Assembly (NCBI GenBank): GCA_044070495.1
Contig: JBIPSI010000001.1
Coordinates: 96,001-160,000 of the forward strand
DNA from: Spirulina sp.
GTDB taxonomy: Bacteria > Cyanobacteriota > Cyanobacteriia > Phormidesmidales > Phormidesmidaceae
Direction of reading: 5' to 3'
Length of the DNA: 64,000 nucleotides
A model generated the notes under the pieces. The model worked only from the letters and a program-made list of their open reading frames with translations. It was not told the DNA's origin and searched no databases. Position numbers and translations under genes: made by a program. Below, one piece after another: positions 10,112-20,167 of this stretch; within the stretch, counting starts at the first letter, position 1, and each line of letters begins with the position of its first letter.

Positions 10112-10363
10112 GGCCAGTTCCTATTCTATGGTTAATCAGATGTTCACAGATAGAATCAGGTATCAGGATAAGGAGCGAATATAATTTACCCTACACCCAA
10201 CCCACACTCGTGGTTTAGCTATTCAACCTAGCCAAAGCTAACGGCCTGTGCCATAGGTTTGGCTAGGAGAACTACTCCTATGTTACCCATATCCACATCT
10301 AGACCATCGAGAGGGTTGAGTAACTTTGCTTTAGAAACTTAAAGTTTTGTCTCGCCCTGTAAT

Positions 10364-10573
10364 CTAGGCTGTTTGGGGCAAGGGCGCATAGTAAAGCTGC
10401 ATCAGTTGACTAGCCTCAAGAGTTTCAACGGCGTAGGTTTTACCCTTGAGATCAACAAACTCCACTTCAAAGACCGTTGGCTCGTAGACTTCGATGATGG
10501 TGCCTACCTGACCTTTAGATAAACCTAAATCGGGTAGATTTTGAGTCAGTGCGACTACATCTAACACTTTCAT
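10364..10573 (-). CDS. DUF4926-like small protein (copy 2)
   Basis: Near-identical to 5174-5383; GGAGG RBS upstream of the ATG at 10573. Confidence 0.85.
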   Translation of the reverse strand: MKVLDVVALTQNLPDLGLSKGQVGTIIEVYEPTVFEVEFVDLKGKTYAVETLEASQLMQLYYAPLPQTA

Positions 10574-10590
10574 GTCGCTCAACCTCCATT

Positions 10591-10923
10591 TTAAGGAATA
10601 TAACAAGTCACCAATCGAGGAAAGTCCTCATCAAATCTCACTATCCAAACACTCCTAACCAAGGCCGTTTTACCCCTGCGAGTCATTTCAAAATCGATTT
10701 GATACTTCTGTCCATAGGCATTGCGTCTGGTTGGAATGGCTTCATAGGTTCTGATTACCTCATTCAAAGCATCTCTCAACTCTTGAGCATTACTTAGACT
10801 GATTCCTAGGGCAGATTGAAAAACCAACGCCTTATGCCGACCCTCAGAATGATTGGGGTTCAGTGAGTAGCCTTCCAGTTTATCTGTAGGGAGAATCGCC
10901 CTATCAGGATTAGGTAGTTTCAC
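10591..10923 (-). CDS. DUF6883-like protein (partner of DUF4926)
   Basis: KLPN...KL.GY.LNPNH.EGRHKA.VF...YGQKY...WI...PRLVTCY; GTG start at 10923 inferred. Confidence 0.75.
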   Translation of the reverse strand: MKLPNPDRAILPTDKLEGYSLNPNHSEGRHKALVFQSALGISLSNAQELRDALNEVIRTYEAIPTRRNAYGQKYQIDFEMTRRGKTALVRSVWIVRFDEDFPRLVTCYIP

Positions 10924-11077
10924 AAGTGGGCCATAGACTGTTCTGAAAAAAATGACGGGTCTGAGGGAAAGATTGGTCAAGCACCCGAATCTATCTTAGC
11001 CAGAAAAAATAAGGGATGAGCATGGCCTAAACCACACCCACCCCAGAAGTTAGCTATTCAGCTTAGCCAGCGTAACC

Positions 11078-13603
11078 CTAGCCCACGCGGTCTTCGGTTT
11101 TGGCGATTTCCAGCATGGTTTTCAGCACCGTGTCGGGGTTGAGGCTAATGGAATCGATGCCCAGTTCCACCAGGAAGGCGGCGAATTCTGGGTAATCGCT
11201 GGGGGCCTGTCCGCAGATGCCGATCTTGCGTCCGGTGGCCTTGGCGCGGGTGATGACCTGGCGCACCAGTTCCTTCACCCCGGCGTTGCGTTCGTCAAAG
11301 ATGTGGGCCACCAGGGCAGAATCGCGATCCAGACCCAGGGTGAGCTGGGTGAGGTCGTTGGAGCCGATGGAGAAGCCATCGAAGACTTCGGCAAATTGGT
11401 CGGCCAGGATGACGTTGCTGGGAATCTCGCACATGACGTAGACTTCCAGGCCATTTTCGCCGCGCTTGAGGCCGTATTTTTCCATGGTTTCTAGCACGCG
11501 CTTGCCCTCTTCGGGGGTGCGGCAGAAGGGAATCATGGGGATGACGTTGGTGAGGCCCATGTCATCGCGGACGCGCTTGATCGCCTTACACTCTAGGCCG
11601 TAGGCTTCGGTGTACTTGGGATCGTAGTAGCGAGATGCGCCGCGCCAGCCGATCATTGGGTTTTCTTCGTGGGGTTCAAACTCACGACCGCCGATCAGGT
11701 TGGCGTACTCGTTGCTCTTGAAGTCCGACATGCGGACAACAACGGGGTTGGGATAGAAGGCGGCGGCGATCATCCCCACGCCCGTGGCCAGTTTGTCTAC
11801 AAAGAACTCTGGCTTGTTGTCGTAGTTGGCGGTGAGCTGGGAGATTTCCCACTTGGCGGCCTTGTCTTCGAGCTGGTCGAAGTTCATCAGGGCCAGGGGA
11901 TGAGCCTTGATATGGTTGGCGATGATGAATTCCAACCGGGCGAGGCCAACGCCATCGCAGGGAATGGCGGATAGGCCAAAGGCTTCTTCCGGGTTGCCCA
12001 CGTTCATCAGGATCTTGGTGCGGGTGCGGGGCAGGTTATCCAGGGGCGTTTCGATCACCTCGAAGGGCACCATCCCGGCGTAGACCCGACCTTCTTCACC
12101 CTCGGCACAGGAGACCGTTACTTCCTGTCCCGGCTTGATTACCTCCGTGGCATCGCCGCAGCCGACGATCGCAGGGATGCCCATTTCCCGCGCAATGATA
12201 GCGGCGTGGCAGGTGCGCCCACCCTGGTTGGTGATGATGGCGCTGGATTTTTTCATGATCGGTTCCCAGTCGGGGTCGGTCTTGTTGGTGACCAGCACTT
12301 CCCCGTCTTGGAACTCGGCGATGCGGTGCACATCCATGATCACGCGGGCCTTGCCTGCGCCGATCATTTCGCCCACGGCCCGTCCGGTGGTGATCACATC
12401 GCTGGTGCCTTGCAGCTTGTAGTTTTTGATCACATTACCGGATTTTTGGGACTGCACCGTTTCAGGCCGCGCCTGCACAATGTAAAGTTCCCCGGTCATG
12501 CCGTCCTTGGCCCACTCAATATCCATCGGGGTTTCTTTGCCCCGGTGAGCGCTGTAGTGATCTTCAATAATGCAGGCCCACTTGGCTAGGGTGAGGGCTT
12601 CATCGTCGCTGATGCAGAACTTCTTGCGGTCGGGGTCGGCTACGGGCACGTTCTTGGTTTCCTTGCCGCCACCGATGTCGTAGATCATTTTGATCTCTTT
12701 GCTGCCCAGACGCTTGTTCAGGATGGGGCGCTTGCCATCCTTGAGGGTGGGCTTAAACACAAAGTATTCATCGGGGTTGACGGCCCCCTGCACCACGTTT
12801 TCGCCCAAGCCGTAGGCAGCGGTGATCAACGCAGCATTCTTAAACCCGGTTTCTGTATCAATAGAGAACATCACCCCGGAGGTAGCCATGTCGGAGCGCA
12901 CCATCTTCTGCACACCCACCGACAGGGCAACGGAAAATTCGTCGAAGCCGTCGATCCGTTCGGCGTACTGGTGGCGGTAGGAGATGGCCCGGTCGGTGAA
13001 TAGCGACGCAAAGCACTTGTGGCAGGCTTCTACCACGCCCTTGACGCCGTGGACGTTCAGGTAGGTTTCCTGCTGTCCGGCAAAGCTGGCATCGGGCAGG
13101 TCTTCCGCCGTGGCGCTAGACCGCACCGCCACATCCAGATCGCTGGAAAACTTGCGGCACTCGTCGGCATACTCGCCTTCAAACCGCTCGCAGAATTCCT
13201 GATCCTGACCGTAGCGTTCGCACAGCCGTAGGTAGGCGCTACTAATCGCCGCTTCCAGTTCGGGAGGGAAGGGGGTGTTCATCACCATGGAGCGAGCCTG
13301 CTTGCCCCGCGCCCGCAGATCCAGCACATCATCGAGATCCAGTTCGGCAAACAGTTCGCGGAGCTGCGATTCCAGCCCGGCTTTTTCAATAAAGTAGCGG
13401 TAGGCAAAGGCGGTGGTGGCAAAGCCCGTGGGCACATTCACGCCCTTAGAGCCAAGCTGCTGAATCATTTCTCCTAGGGAGGCGTTTTTGCCGCCCACCA
13501 GAGGAATATCATCAATGCCGACTTCCTCAAACCAGAGGATAAAGGAATTTTCCTTCGATTGTTGACTGGAGAGGTTGCCTTCTGGACGATGGGATAGCAC
13601 CAT
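11078..13603 (-). CDS. ppsA: Phosphoenolpyruvate synthase
   Basis: VGGKNASLGE, VAVRSSATAEDLP, GGRTCHAAI phospho-His, FSIGSNDLTQ. Confidence 0.97.
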   Translation of the reverse strand: MVLSHRPEGNLSSQQSKENSFILWFEEVGIDDIPLVGGKNASLGEMIQQLGSKGVNVPTGFATTAFAYRYFIEKAGLESQLRELFAELDLDDVLDLRARGKQARSMVMNTPFPPELEAAISSAYLRLCERYGQDQEFCERFEGEYADECRKFSSDLDVAVRSSATAEDLPDASFAGQQETYLNVHGVKGVVEACHKCFASLFTDRAISYRHQYAERIDGFDEFSVALSVGVQKMVRSDMATSGVMFSIDTETGFKNAALITAAYGLGENVVQGAVNPDEYFVFKPTLKDGKRPILNKRLGSKEIKMIYDIGGGKETKNVPVADPDRKKFCISDDEALTLAKWACIIEDHYSAHRGKETPMDIEWAKDGMTGELYIVQARPETVQSQKSGNVIKNYKLQGTSDVITTGRAVGEMIGAGKARVIMDVHRIAEFQDGEVLVTNKTDPDWEPIMKKSSAIITNQGGRTCHAAIIAREMGIPAIVGCGDATEVIKPGQEVTVSCAEGEEGRVYAGMVPFEVIETPLDNLPRTRTKILMNVGNPEEAFGLSAIPCDGVGLARLEFIIANHIKAHPLALMNFDQLEDKAAKWEISQLTANYDNKPEFFVDKLATGVGMIAAAFYPNPVVVRMSDFKSNEYANLIGGREFEPHEENPMIGWRGASRYYDPKYTEAYGLECKAIKRVRDDMGLTNVIPMIPFCRTPEEGKRVLETMEKYGLKRGENGLEVYVMCEIPSNVILADQFAEVFDGFSIGSNDLTQLTLGLDRDSALVAHIFDERNAGVKELVRQVITRAKATGRKIGICGQAPSDYPEFAAFLVELGIDSISLNPDTVLKTMLEIAKTEDRVG

Positions 13604-13841
13604 AATAAGTCTCCAAACGCAATAGGATCTGATCTGCGATGCCTAGGCACCACAAATTCACAAAAACAGAGTCAAAACGTAGCGGCTAAAGGCTGAAAAG
13701 TGTTGAGACAGCCTGGGCAACGTACTAAACTAACGACACAAAAAACTAGCCCAAAAGCTGTTTTCAATAGCTCTCAAGCGCTTTCGCTGGAAGGTAAAGC
13801 CATCAAATTTGCTTTACCTTCCTATCGTAGAATTTGCTTTG

Positions 13842-13855
13842 GTAAATGTCGCTAC
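13842..13855 (-). promoter_or_regulatory. NtcA box upstream of ppsA
   Basis: Exact GTA-N8-TAC (GTAAATGTCGCTAC); candidate -10 TACGAT on the minus strand at 13824-13829. Confidence 0.55.
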
Positions 13856-13939
13856 AATGACACGGTTTTTTAAGGTCTGCGTTTCAACTCTTAATCTTTT
13901 AGGAAAGCAAATGTTTTTAGCAAAAAGTAGTGATTAACC

Positions 13940-14887
13940 TCACTCTTCTTTACCCAAGGCTCCCGGTGCGCCGACCAGGGTCTGCTTGGGGGAACAAGTG
14001 AGGATCATAATCACCAAGGTCAAGATGTAGGGAGCGGCGTTGAACAGGTAGTAGTAGGCATTGATTCCCACAGACTGGAAGGCAGGGCCGAGGGCTTGGG
14101 TGCCCCCAAACAGCAGCGATGCCCACAGACATTGCCAGGGCTGCCAACGGGCAAAAATCACCAGGGCCACCGCCATCAAACCCTGGCCGCTGGAGATGCG
14201 CTCCGTCCACACGCCGGGGTAGTACAGAGACAGGGAAGCGCCGCCAATGCCCGCCAAAAAGCTGCCCATCACAATGCTGGCCATACGCACGTTAAAGATG
14301 GAAATCCCCATGGCCCGCGCCGCATCAGGGCTATCTCCCACCGCCCGCACATACAGCCCCCAGCGGGTGGATTTGAAAAACCAACTCATCAGCGGCACCC
14401 CCGCCACCCCCAGCAGAAAGAGCGGGCTAATTTGTAGGGCCGACTGCACCTGGGGAACACTGCTCCAGGCTCCAGCATTGAGGGTGGGCAACTGGGGGGC
14501 CTGGGGCTGAATGAAGGGCTTGCCCAGGAAGTTAGCGAGGCCACCGCCAAAGATGATCATGGCAATACCCACCGCCACATCGTTCACCCTCGGCTGTTGG
14601 GAAAGCCAGCCGTGGATGGCCCCCAACCCCATGCCCGCCACCCCCGCCGCCAGCACCCCCAGCCAAGGGGCTAAGGTAGGGCCAACAGTACCCGACGTCA
14701 GGTAGGAAATGGCATAGGCACTCATCGCCCCCATCAGCAGAGTGCCCTCCAGGCCCAGGTTAATTTTGCCGCTTTTTTCCGTCAGGCATTCCCCCAAACT
14801 CACGAACAAAAAGGGAACGCTACCCCGCAGGGTGCCTGCCAAAATACCGAGGGGAACCCCCCACCAGCCCAGTGCTTCTGCCGCCAT
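13940..14887 (-). CDS. ABC transporter permease (CUT2/nucleoside type)
   Basis: EKSGKINLGLEG, RAVGDSPDAARAMG, GQGLMAVALVIF; start MAAEA at 14887. Confidence 0.9.
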   Translation of the reverse strand: MAAEALGWWGVPLGILAGTLRGSVPFLFVSLGECLTEKSGKINLGLEGTLLMGAMSAYAISYLTSGTVGPTLAPWLGVLAAGVAGMGLGAIHGWLSQQPRVNDVAVGIAMIIFGGGLANFLGKPFIQPQAPQLPTLNAGAWSSVPQVQSALQISPLFLLGVAGVPLMSWFFKSTRWGLYVRAVGDSPDAARAMGISIFNVRMASIVMGSFLAGIGGASLSLYYPGVWTERISSGQGLMAVALVIFARWQPWQCLWASLLFGGTQALGPAFQSVGINAYYYLFNAAPYILTLVIMILTCSPKQTLVGAPGALGKEE

Positions 14888-14934
14888 GGATAAACCTCTT
14901 GAGGATGGAAAATAAGACGCTTTGTAGATGAGTG

Positions 14935-15042
14935 GATCCCCCCTAGCCCCCCTTAATAAGGGGGGAACCGGATTCAAAGCTCCCGTTGGTCAGGAAGGAT
15001 TGGATTCAAAGTCCCCCTTTCCAAGGGGGATTTAGGGGGATC
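14935..15042. repeat. Double-hairpin dispersed repeat, inverted homolog of 2786-2861
   Basis: GATCCCCCCTAGCCCCCCTTAATAAGGGGGGAACCGGATTCAAAG...CAAAGTCCCCCTTTCCAAGGGGGATTTAGGGGGATC. Confidence 0.85.
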
Positions 15043-15071
15043 CCCAGGCTGGGGGTGAGGGCGATTAGACC

Positions 15072-15096
15072 GTAGGGTGGGCAATGCCAACCTAAC
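15072..15096. repeat. GTAG-type REP-like palindrome
   Basis: GTAGGGTGGGCAATGCCAACCTAAC. Confidence 0.5.
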
Positions 15097-15114
15097 GCCT
15101 ACGCCAAAACAGAC

Positions 15115-16203
15115 CTACGCCGAAACGCTGTTGCTGGGGGCAATCCGAGCCGGACGATCTTGGAAAATGGGAAACCGCCCGTAGAGGGAGTCGCTGAACA
15201 ACACACAGAGAAAAACAATGCCCTGGAAGACAAGCACCGTGGCATCGGGCAAATCGTGGGAACGTTGCAAAATGCCGCCGCTGGCCAAAATGCCCCCCAG
15301 CAGCACCGACACGACCACCATAGCCAATGGGTTATGGCGCGACACAAAGGCCACCAAAATCCCGGCATAGCCATAGTTCGAGACGATGGACTCGTTGAGC
15401 CGTCGCTGCACCGCCGCAATTTCCACCATGCCCGCCAGCCCTGCACAGGAACCGCCCAAAAAGCAGATGGCTAGGGTGAGTTTGCCCACGGGCAACCCCG
15501 CCATGCGGGCGGCGCGTACATTCCCCCCGGCGGTGCGGGCCGCAAAGCCAAAGGTGGTGCGCTGTATCAGCACGTAGGCCAGAATACAGGCGACGACGCC
15601 ATAGATCAGGCCGTAGTGGATGCGGGTGGTGGGCAGATTGCCCAGCCAGGCCGCCTGAACGATCTCGAAACTGGAGGGCTTGGTGACAAAGCTGGGATCC
15701 CTTAGGGGGCCTTGCACTAGGTGGTTCAGCAGGGCGATGGCGATGTAGTTCATCAACAAACTGCTGATGGTTTCGTTGACACCGCGATAGTGACGCAGGG
15801 CACCTACGGCCATAATCCACAGCCCCCCAGCCCCCAGCGCCGCTAGGGCCATGGCTATCAAGACTAGAAATCCCGGCAGGGCTGACCCCAAGCCGAGTCC
15901 GGTCAGGGTGGCGGCGAGGGCACCGATTACCAACGCACCTTCGTTACCAATCACCACCAGCCCCAAACGGGCAGGCAGGGCGGTACAGAGGGCGGTGAGC
16001 ATGAGGGGCGAGGCCCGTAACAGGGTATTCTGCCAAGCGCTCCAACTGCCGAAGGCGGCTTTGTAGATGGAGCCATAGACCGCAAAGGGGTTGGCCCCCG
16101 CTAGGGCGCAGAAAACCCCAAAAATCAGCAGGGCTGCCAGCACCGCCCCCGCTGGAATCACGACGGCTTCGAGGGAACGCCGCCAGGGTTGGGTTGAAAT
16201 CAT
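15115..16203 (-). CDS. ABC transporter permease (CUT2/nucleoside type)
   Basis: IGNEG, VNETISSLLMNYIA, GYAGILVA. Confidence 0.9.
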   Translation of the reverse strand: MISTQPWRRSLEAVVIPAGAVLAALLIFGVFCALAGANPFAVYGSIYKAAFGSWSAWQNTLLRASPLMLTALCTALPARLGLVVIGNEGALVIGALAATLTGLGLGSALPGFLVLIAMALAALGAGGLWIMAVGALRHYRGVNETISSLLMNYIAIALLNHLVQGPLRDPSFVTKPSSFEIVQAAWLGNLPTTRIHYGLIYGVVACILAYVLIQRTTFGFAARTAGGNVRAARMAGLPVGKLTLAICFLGGSCAGLAGMVEIAAVQRRLNESIVSNYGYAGILVAFVSRHNPLAMVVVSVLLGGILASGGILQRSHDLPDATVLVFQGIVFLCVLFSDSLYGRFPIFQDRPARIAPSNSVSA

Positions 16204-16219
16204 AGGTTGGATGCCTCGC

Positions 16220-17428
16220 CTAGCTGACGGAACCGTTGACGCCTTCGATCAGGTAATCCATTTTTTCCAGTTCGATGTCTTCGATGGGGAGTCCTTTGCC
16301 AGCGGGCAGAATTTCCTTGCCATCGTTGGTGCTGAGGGGGCCGTTATAAATCACGAGCTGTCCCCCTTCAATGGCGGCTATGGCGGCATCGCCAGCGGCC
16401 TTTGCCTCATCGGTCACTGGAGCACCATAGGGGGAGAGCTTACAGAATTTATCCTTAAGGCCGCCCCGTAGAATGTGGGGAATGTCCCCAGCCATGAGGG
16501 TTTTGCCTGCCATGAACTGCTCGCCCAGGGAGGTGTAAATGCTCGACCAATCCCACTCTGCCCCGGTGAGGTAGCCCTTGGGAGCTAAGGGCCCTTGGTT
16601 AGCATGGTAACCAGAGGAGAAAATGCCCCGTCGCTCGGCGGTTTCCATCACCACCTTGGGGCTGTCTACGTGGCAGGTCACCACATCGACGCCCTGGTCG
16701 GCCATGCTGTTGGTGGCTTCGGCTTCTTTCACCGGAGCGGCCCAATCCCCCGTGAAAATGACTTGGGTGGTGGCATCGGGGTTAATGGAACGTGCCCCTA
16801 GGGTGAAGCTGTTGATGTTGCGGAGCACCTGGGGAATGGGCTTGGCCGCCACAAAGCCTAGCTTGCCCGACTTGGACATATGACCGGCAACGACACCAGC
16901 CACGTACTGGGCTTCATCGATATAGCCAAAGTAGCTGCCGACGTTGTTGGGATGGACACCCTCCTGGTACAGCCCACCGGCGTGGAAAAACTGCACATCA
17001 GGGAACTCCGCCGCCAGTTCCAAAATGTAGGGGTCGAAATAGCCAAAGGAGGTAGGGAAGAGCACCTTAGCCCCGTCAATTTCAATCATGCTACGCATGG
17101 CCTCGGCCACGGCGGTAGTTTCGGGCACGCTGGCCTCTTCCACCAGGCGAATACCGGGCACATTGGCCGCCATGGCGGCGGCCCCTTCAGCGTGGGCTTG
17201 GTTATAGCCAAAGTCATCCTTGGGGCCAACGTAGAGGAAGCCCACCACCAGATCCTCAACGGGGGCACTTCCGCCCCCCGCCTCTCCGGTTTCTCCGGTG
17301 CTAGGAGACTGGGCACAACTGGTACCAAACTTAGCCGTGAGACCAAAGGCAGAGGTGGCCAGCAGACCACGCATAACCTGACGACGAGATAGGGGCAGGG
17401 GACGACGGCGATCACTCATAGGGGGCAT
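16220..17428 (-). CDS. BMP family ABC substrate-binding protein (Tat/lipoprotein-like)
   Basis: SRRQVM Tat motif, VGFLYVGPKDDFGYNQAH, NINSFTLGA. Confidence 0.9.
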   Translation of the reverse strand: MPPMSDRRRPLPLSRRQVMRGLLATSAFGLTAKFGTSCAQSPSTGETGEAGGGSAPVEDLVVGFLYVGPKDDFGYNQAHAEGAAAMAANVPGIRLVEEASVPETTAVAEAMRSMIEIDGAKVLFPTSFGYFDPYILELAAEFPDVQFFHAGGLYQEGVHPNNVGSYFGYIDEAQYVAGVVAGHMSKSGKLGFVAAKPIPQVLRNINSFTLGARSINPDATTQVIFTGDWAAPVKEAEATNSMADQGVDVVTCHVDSPKVVMETAERRGIFSSGYHANQGPLAPKGYLTGAEWDWSSIYTSLGEQFMAGKTLMAGDIPHILRGGLKDKFCKLSPYGAPVTDEAKAAGDAAIAAIEGGQLVIYNGPLSTNDGKEILPAGKGLPIEDIELEKMDYLIEGVNGSVS

Positions 17429-17577
17429 CTCTCAGGGATGGAACGATTGCAAGGGATGTGGCTTAAAACGCAATGACCTGGAACTCATGGAGTGAGAAAC
17501 TTCAAACGGGGCTAGACCCAGCCGAATATTTCCCATCGCTTTTCCCTTAAGAATTGGTAAAAGTTCTGGCTATAGTT

Positions 17578-17591
17578 GTATCAAGGACAAC
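17578..17591 (-). promoter_or_regulatory. NtcA-like box upstream of the BMP ABC operon
   Basis: GTATCAAGGACAAC (one mismatch to GTA-N8-TAC) inside the palindrome ATAGTTGT...ACAACTAT. Confidence 0.5.
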
Positions 17592-17658
17592 TATTTAGCG
17601 GTTTGGCGGCCATTTTCCCTGTTTCCTTGCCCCCGCTGCCCATGCCCCAAGGCTTGCC

Positions 17659-18195
17659 CTAGCGAGGCTTAGCAAAGACCTGAACCCAGTAGGGCCGACC
17701 ACCGCCCTCGGCATAGCCCACTCCCAGTTCTTGGAAGTTGGGATTGAGAATGTTGCGGCGATGGCCAGCGCTGTTCATCCAGGATCGCATCACCGCTTCG
17801 GGGTTGGGTTGGCCCATAGCCACGTTTTCGCCAATGGCTGTCCAGCCGTAGCCGGTGTCATCAATGCGGGTGCGCATGGTAGACCCATCGGAACCCTGGT
17901 GGCTGAGGTTGCGGTTTGCGGCCATGTCGTCGGCTTGGCGCTGGGCGGCGGCGGCCAGTTTGTCATTCAGGCGCAGGGGCGCGACCCCAGCCCGCTGACG
18001 TTCGGCATTCACCAAGGTCAGCAGGGCATCGGGAATGGAAGCCTCGGCCTGGGTCAGCATGGGGCTGGGCGGATTGTCCATGGGTGTGTTTGCTGTGGCC
18101 GGACTGACCCCAGCAAGGCCAACTAAACTACCCGAAAGCAGCACCAAAATAAACCGATTCAGCCGTCCTGGCCGCTTCGATGGATGAGTCAGCAT
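17659..18195 (-). CDS. CAP/SCP domain secreted protein
   Basis: LVNAER, LSHQG, GENVA, WMNSAGHRRNIL, YWVQVF. Confidence 0.92.
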   Translation of the reverse strand: MLTHPSKRPGRLNRFILVLLSGSLVGLAGVSPATANTPMDNPPSPMLTQAEASIPDALLTLVNAERQRAGVAPLRLNDKLAAAAQRQADDMAANRNLSHQGSDGSTMRTRIDDTGYGWTAIGENVAMGQPNPEAVMRSWMNSAGHRRNILNPNFQELGVGYAEGGGRPYWVQVFAKPR

Positions 18196-18316
18196 GGATT
18201 GTCTTCTCCGTCCTAGAACGCATCAACGAAACCGATACCTGGGGGCCACCGATCAGCGGGTCGAAACCCATACCCCGAAACCAATCTCCCCCCGGTTCTC
18301 CCTAGTTTAACGAAGC

Positions 18317-19186
18317 CTAGCGGGGATACTTAACCATCAGCCGCTGCACTTCCTCGGCATGGTAGGAACTGCGGGTGAGGGGCGAAGACACCACCTGCAA
18401 GAAGCCCTTGGCCTCGCCCACCTCGCGCCAGGTGTTGAACTGCTTTGGGGTGATGAAATCGACCACGGGCAGGTGCTTGGGGCCAGGTTGCAGGTACTGC
18501 CCCAGGGTGAGAATGTCGCAGTCCACCGCCCGCAGGTCGTCCATCACCTGCTGTACTTCGGCGTCGGTTTCCCCCAAGCCCGCCATCAGGCCAGATTTGG
18601 TATACACCGAGGGGGCCATTTCACGGGTGCGGCGCAGCAGTTCCAAAGACCGTTCATAATTGCCCTGGGGCCGTACGCGACGGTAGAGCCGGGGTACGGT
18701 TTCGGTGTTGTGGTTCAGCACTTCAGGCTTAGCATCCAGAATGGTTGCCAGGGCGTCCCAGTTGCTGCAGAGATCGGGAATCAGTACCTCAATGGTGGTT
18801 TTGGGCGACTCCCGCCGCACCGCTTCGATGCAGGCGACAAACTGGCTGGCCCCACCATCGGCTAAGTCGTCCCGGTTGACGGAGGTAATCACCACATGGC
18901 TGAGGCCCATGCGCCTCACCGATTCCGCCAGCCGCAGGGGTTCTGTGGGGTCGAGGGCCTGGGGTTTCTTTTCAAAATCAATGTCGCAGTAGGGGCAGGC
19001 ACGGGTGCAGGCTGGCCCCATAATCAAAAAAGTGGCTGTTCCGGCCTTGAAGCATTCGCCAATGTTGGGGCAGGAGGCCTCTTCACACACGGTATTGAGG
19101 CCCAGATCTTGCAGAATCGCCTTCACCGCGCCCACCCGCTCCCACTGGGGAGCCTTTACCCGTAACCAGTCTGGTTTTACCGCCAC
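18317..19186 (-). CDS. lipA: Lipoyl synthase
   Basis: [26 protein letters not shown]. Confidence 0.97.
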   Translation of the reverse strand: MAVKPDWLRVKAPQWERVGAVKAILQDLGLNTVCEEASCPNIGECFKAGTATFLIMGPACTRACPYCDIDFEKKPQALDPTEPLRLAESVRRMGLSHVVITSVNRDDLADGGASQFVACIEAVRRESPKTTIEVLIPDLCSNWDALATILDAKPEVLNHNTETVPRLYRRVRPQGNYERSLELLRRTREMAPSVYTKSGLMAGLGETDAEVQQVMDDLRAVDCDILTLGQYLQPGPKHLPVVDFITPKQFNTWREVGEAKGFLQVVSSPLTRSSYHAEEVQRLMVKYPR

Positions 19187-19348
19187 AGTCTTACCCTACA
19201 CATACTCGGAAATTTATCATAGCAAGCCGTCGATGCCTGTGCTGAGGGATCGGGCGATGGGGATTGAATACTGAGAATTGAGGATGATTAAGGGTTAGGC
19301 AATCAAGCGCTGGAAGTTGGTGACCTGATTGTCTGACAGGTTTCTAAA

Positions 19349-19433
19349 GTAGGTTGGGTGCAGCAGAGCGGAACCCAACACCCGCCGAGGATTTTGGGAT
19401 TGTTGGGTTCTGCTATCGCGCCGCCCAACCTAC
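19349..19433. repeat. GTAG-type REP inverted pair
   Basis: GTAGGTTGGG...GAACCCAACA and inverted TGTTGGGTTC...CCCAACCTAC. Confidence 0.7.
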
Positions 19434-19567
19434 GAGAGATCCGTTGTTTGGAATATCTCCGGGTGGGCTGGTGGCCGCGAATGCAGCCTACAGGGGAGGA
19501 TGGGGGGATCGGGCTTTGAGGGATCGGGGTATCCTAGAATCAAGCGCTGGTGTGGGTTTAGGGCAGG

Positions 19568-20146
19568 ATGGAGAAGCCATCTCCAGTACGGCGATGTTTG
19601 GTGTTGATCTGCTATGCGGCGGCGGGGCTGCTGGCGGCGGGGGCTTGGCGCGACCATCAATATCCCAACGGCTGGCACTTGGACGCAGCCTTTCGGCCCA
19701 TGCGGCTGCACCGGATGATGCCGCCCCTGCTCCAGGCTCCAGAGGGTTTGCTAACGGCCAATACCCGCATCGAGATATCCCTCCAGGCCCGCGAAATTCG
19801 GCTGTATCAAAACGATCAGGTGATCATGCAGGCTCCGGTGGCGGTGGGCCAAGACGATTGGCAGACCCCCATCGGTGAGTTTGCGGTGCGGGATATGCGG
19901 GTCAACCCCGTGTGGCGGCATCCCATCACCCAAGAACCCGTTGGCCCAGGGCCAAGCAACCCCCTCGGCTCCCGCTGGATTGGCTTTTTGGTGGAGGGGG
20001 AATACCACATCGGCATCCACGGCACCAACCAGGAAAACCTGATTGGTGCAGCGGTGTCCCATGGCTGTGTGCGCATGATGGAGCGAGATATTCAGTCGCT
20101 CTACAGCCACATCCAACTGGGCACCCCCGTGGTCGTCAAACCCTAG
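19568..20146 (+). CDS. L,D-transpeptidase (YkuD)
   Basis: TPIGEF, NPLGSRWIGF, IGIHGT...SHGCVRM. Confidence 0.92.
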   Translation: MEKPSPVRRCLVLICYAAAGLLAAGAWRDHQYPNGWHLDAAFRPMRLHRMMPPLLQAPEGLLTANTRIEISLQAREIRLYQNDQVIMQAPVAVGQDDWQTPIGEFAVRDMRVNPVWRHPITQEPVGPGPSNPLGSRWIGFLVEGEYHIGIHGTNQENLIGAAVSHGCVRMMERDIQSLYSHIQLGTPVVVKP

Positions 20147-20167
20147 GGTTTCAGGGGCTAGGCCACC

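Noticed and set aside
14888..14977. N-terminal extension of the permease (MNPVPPLLRGARGD)
   Set aside because: Derived from the dispersed repeat; a near-identical peptide appears in the spurious ORF 2708-2932
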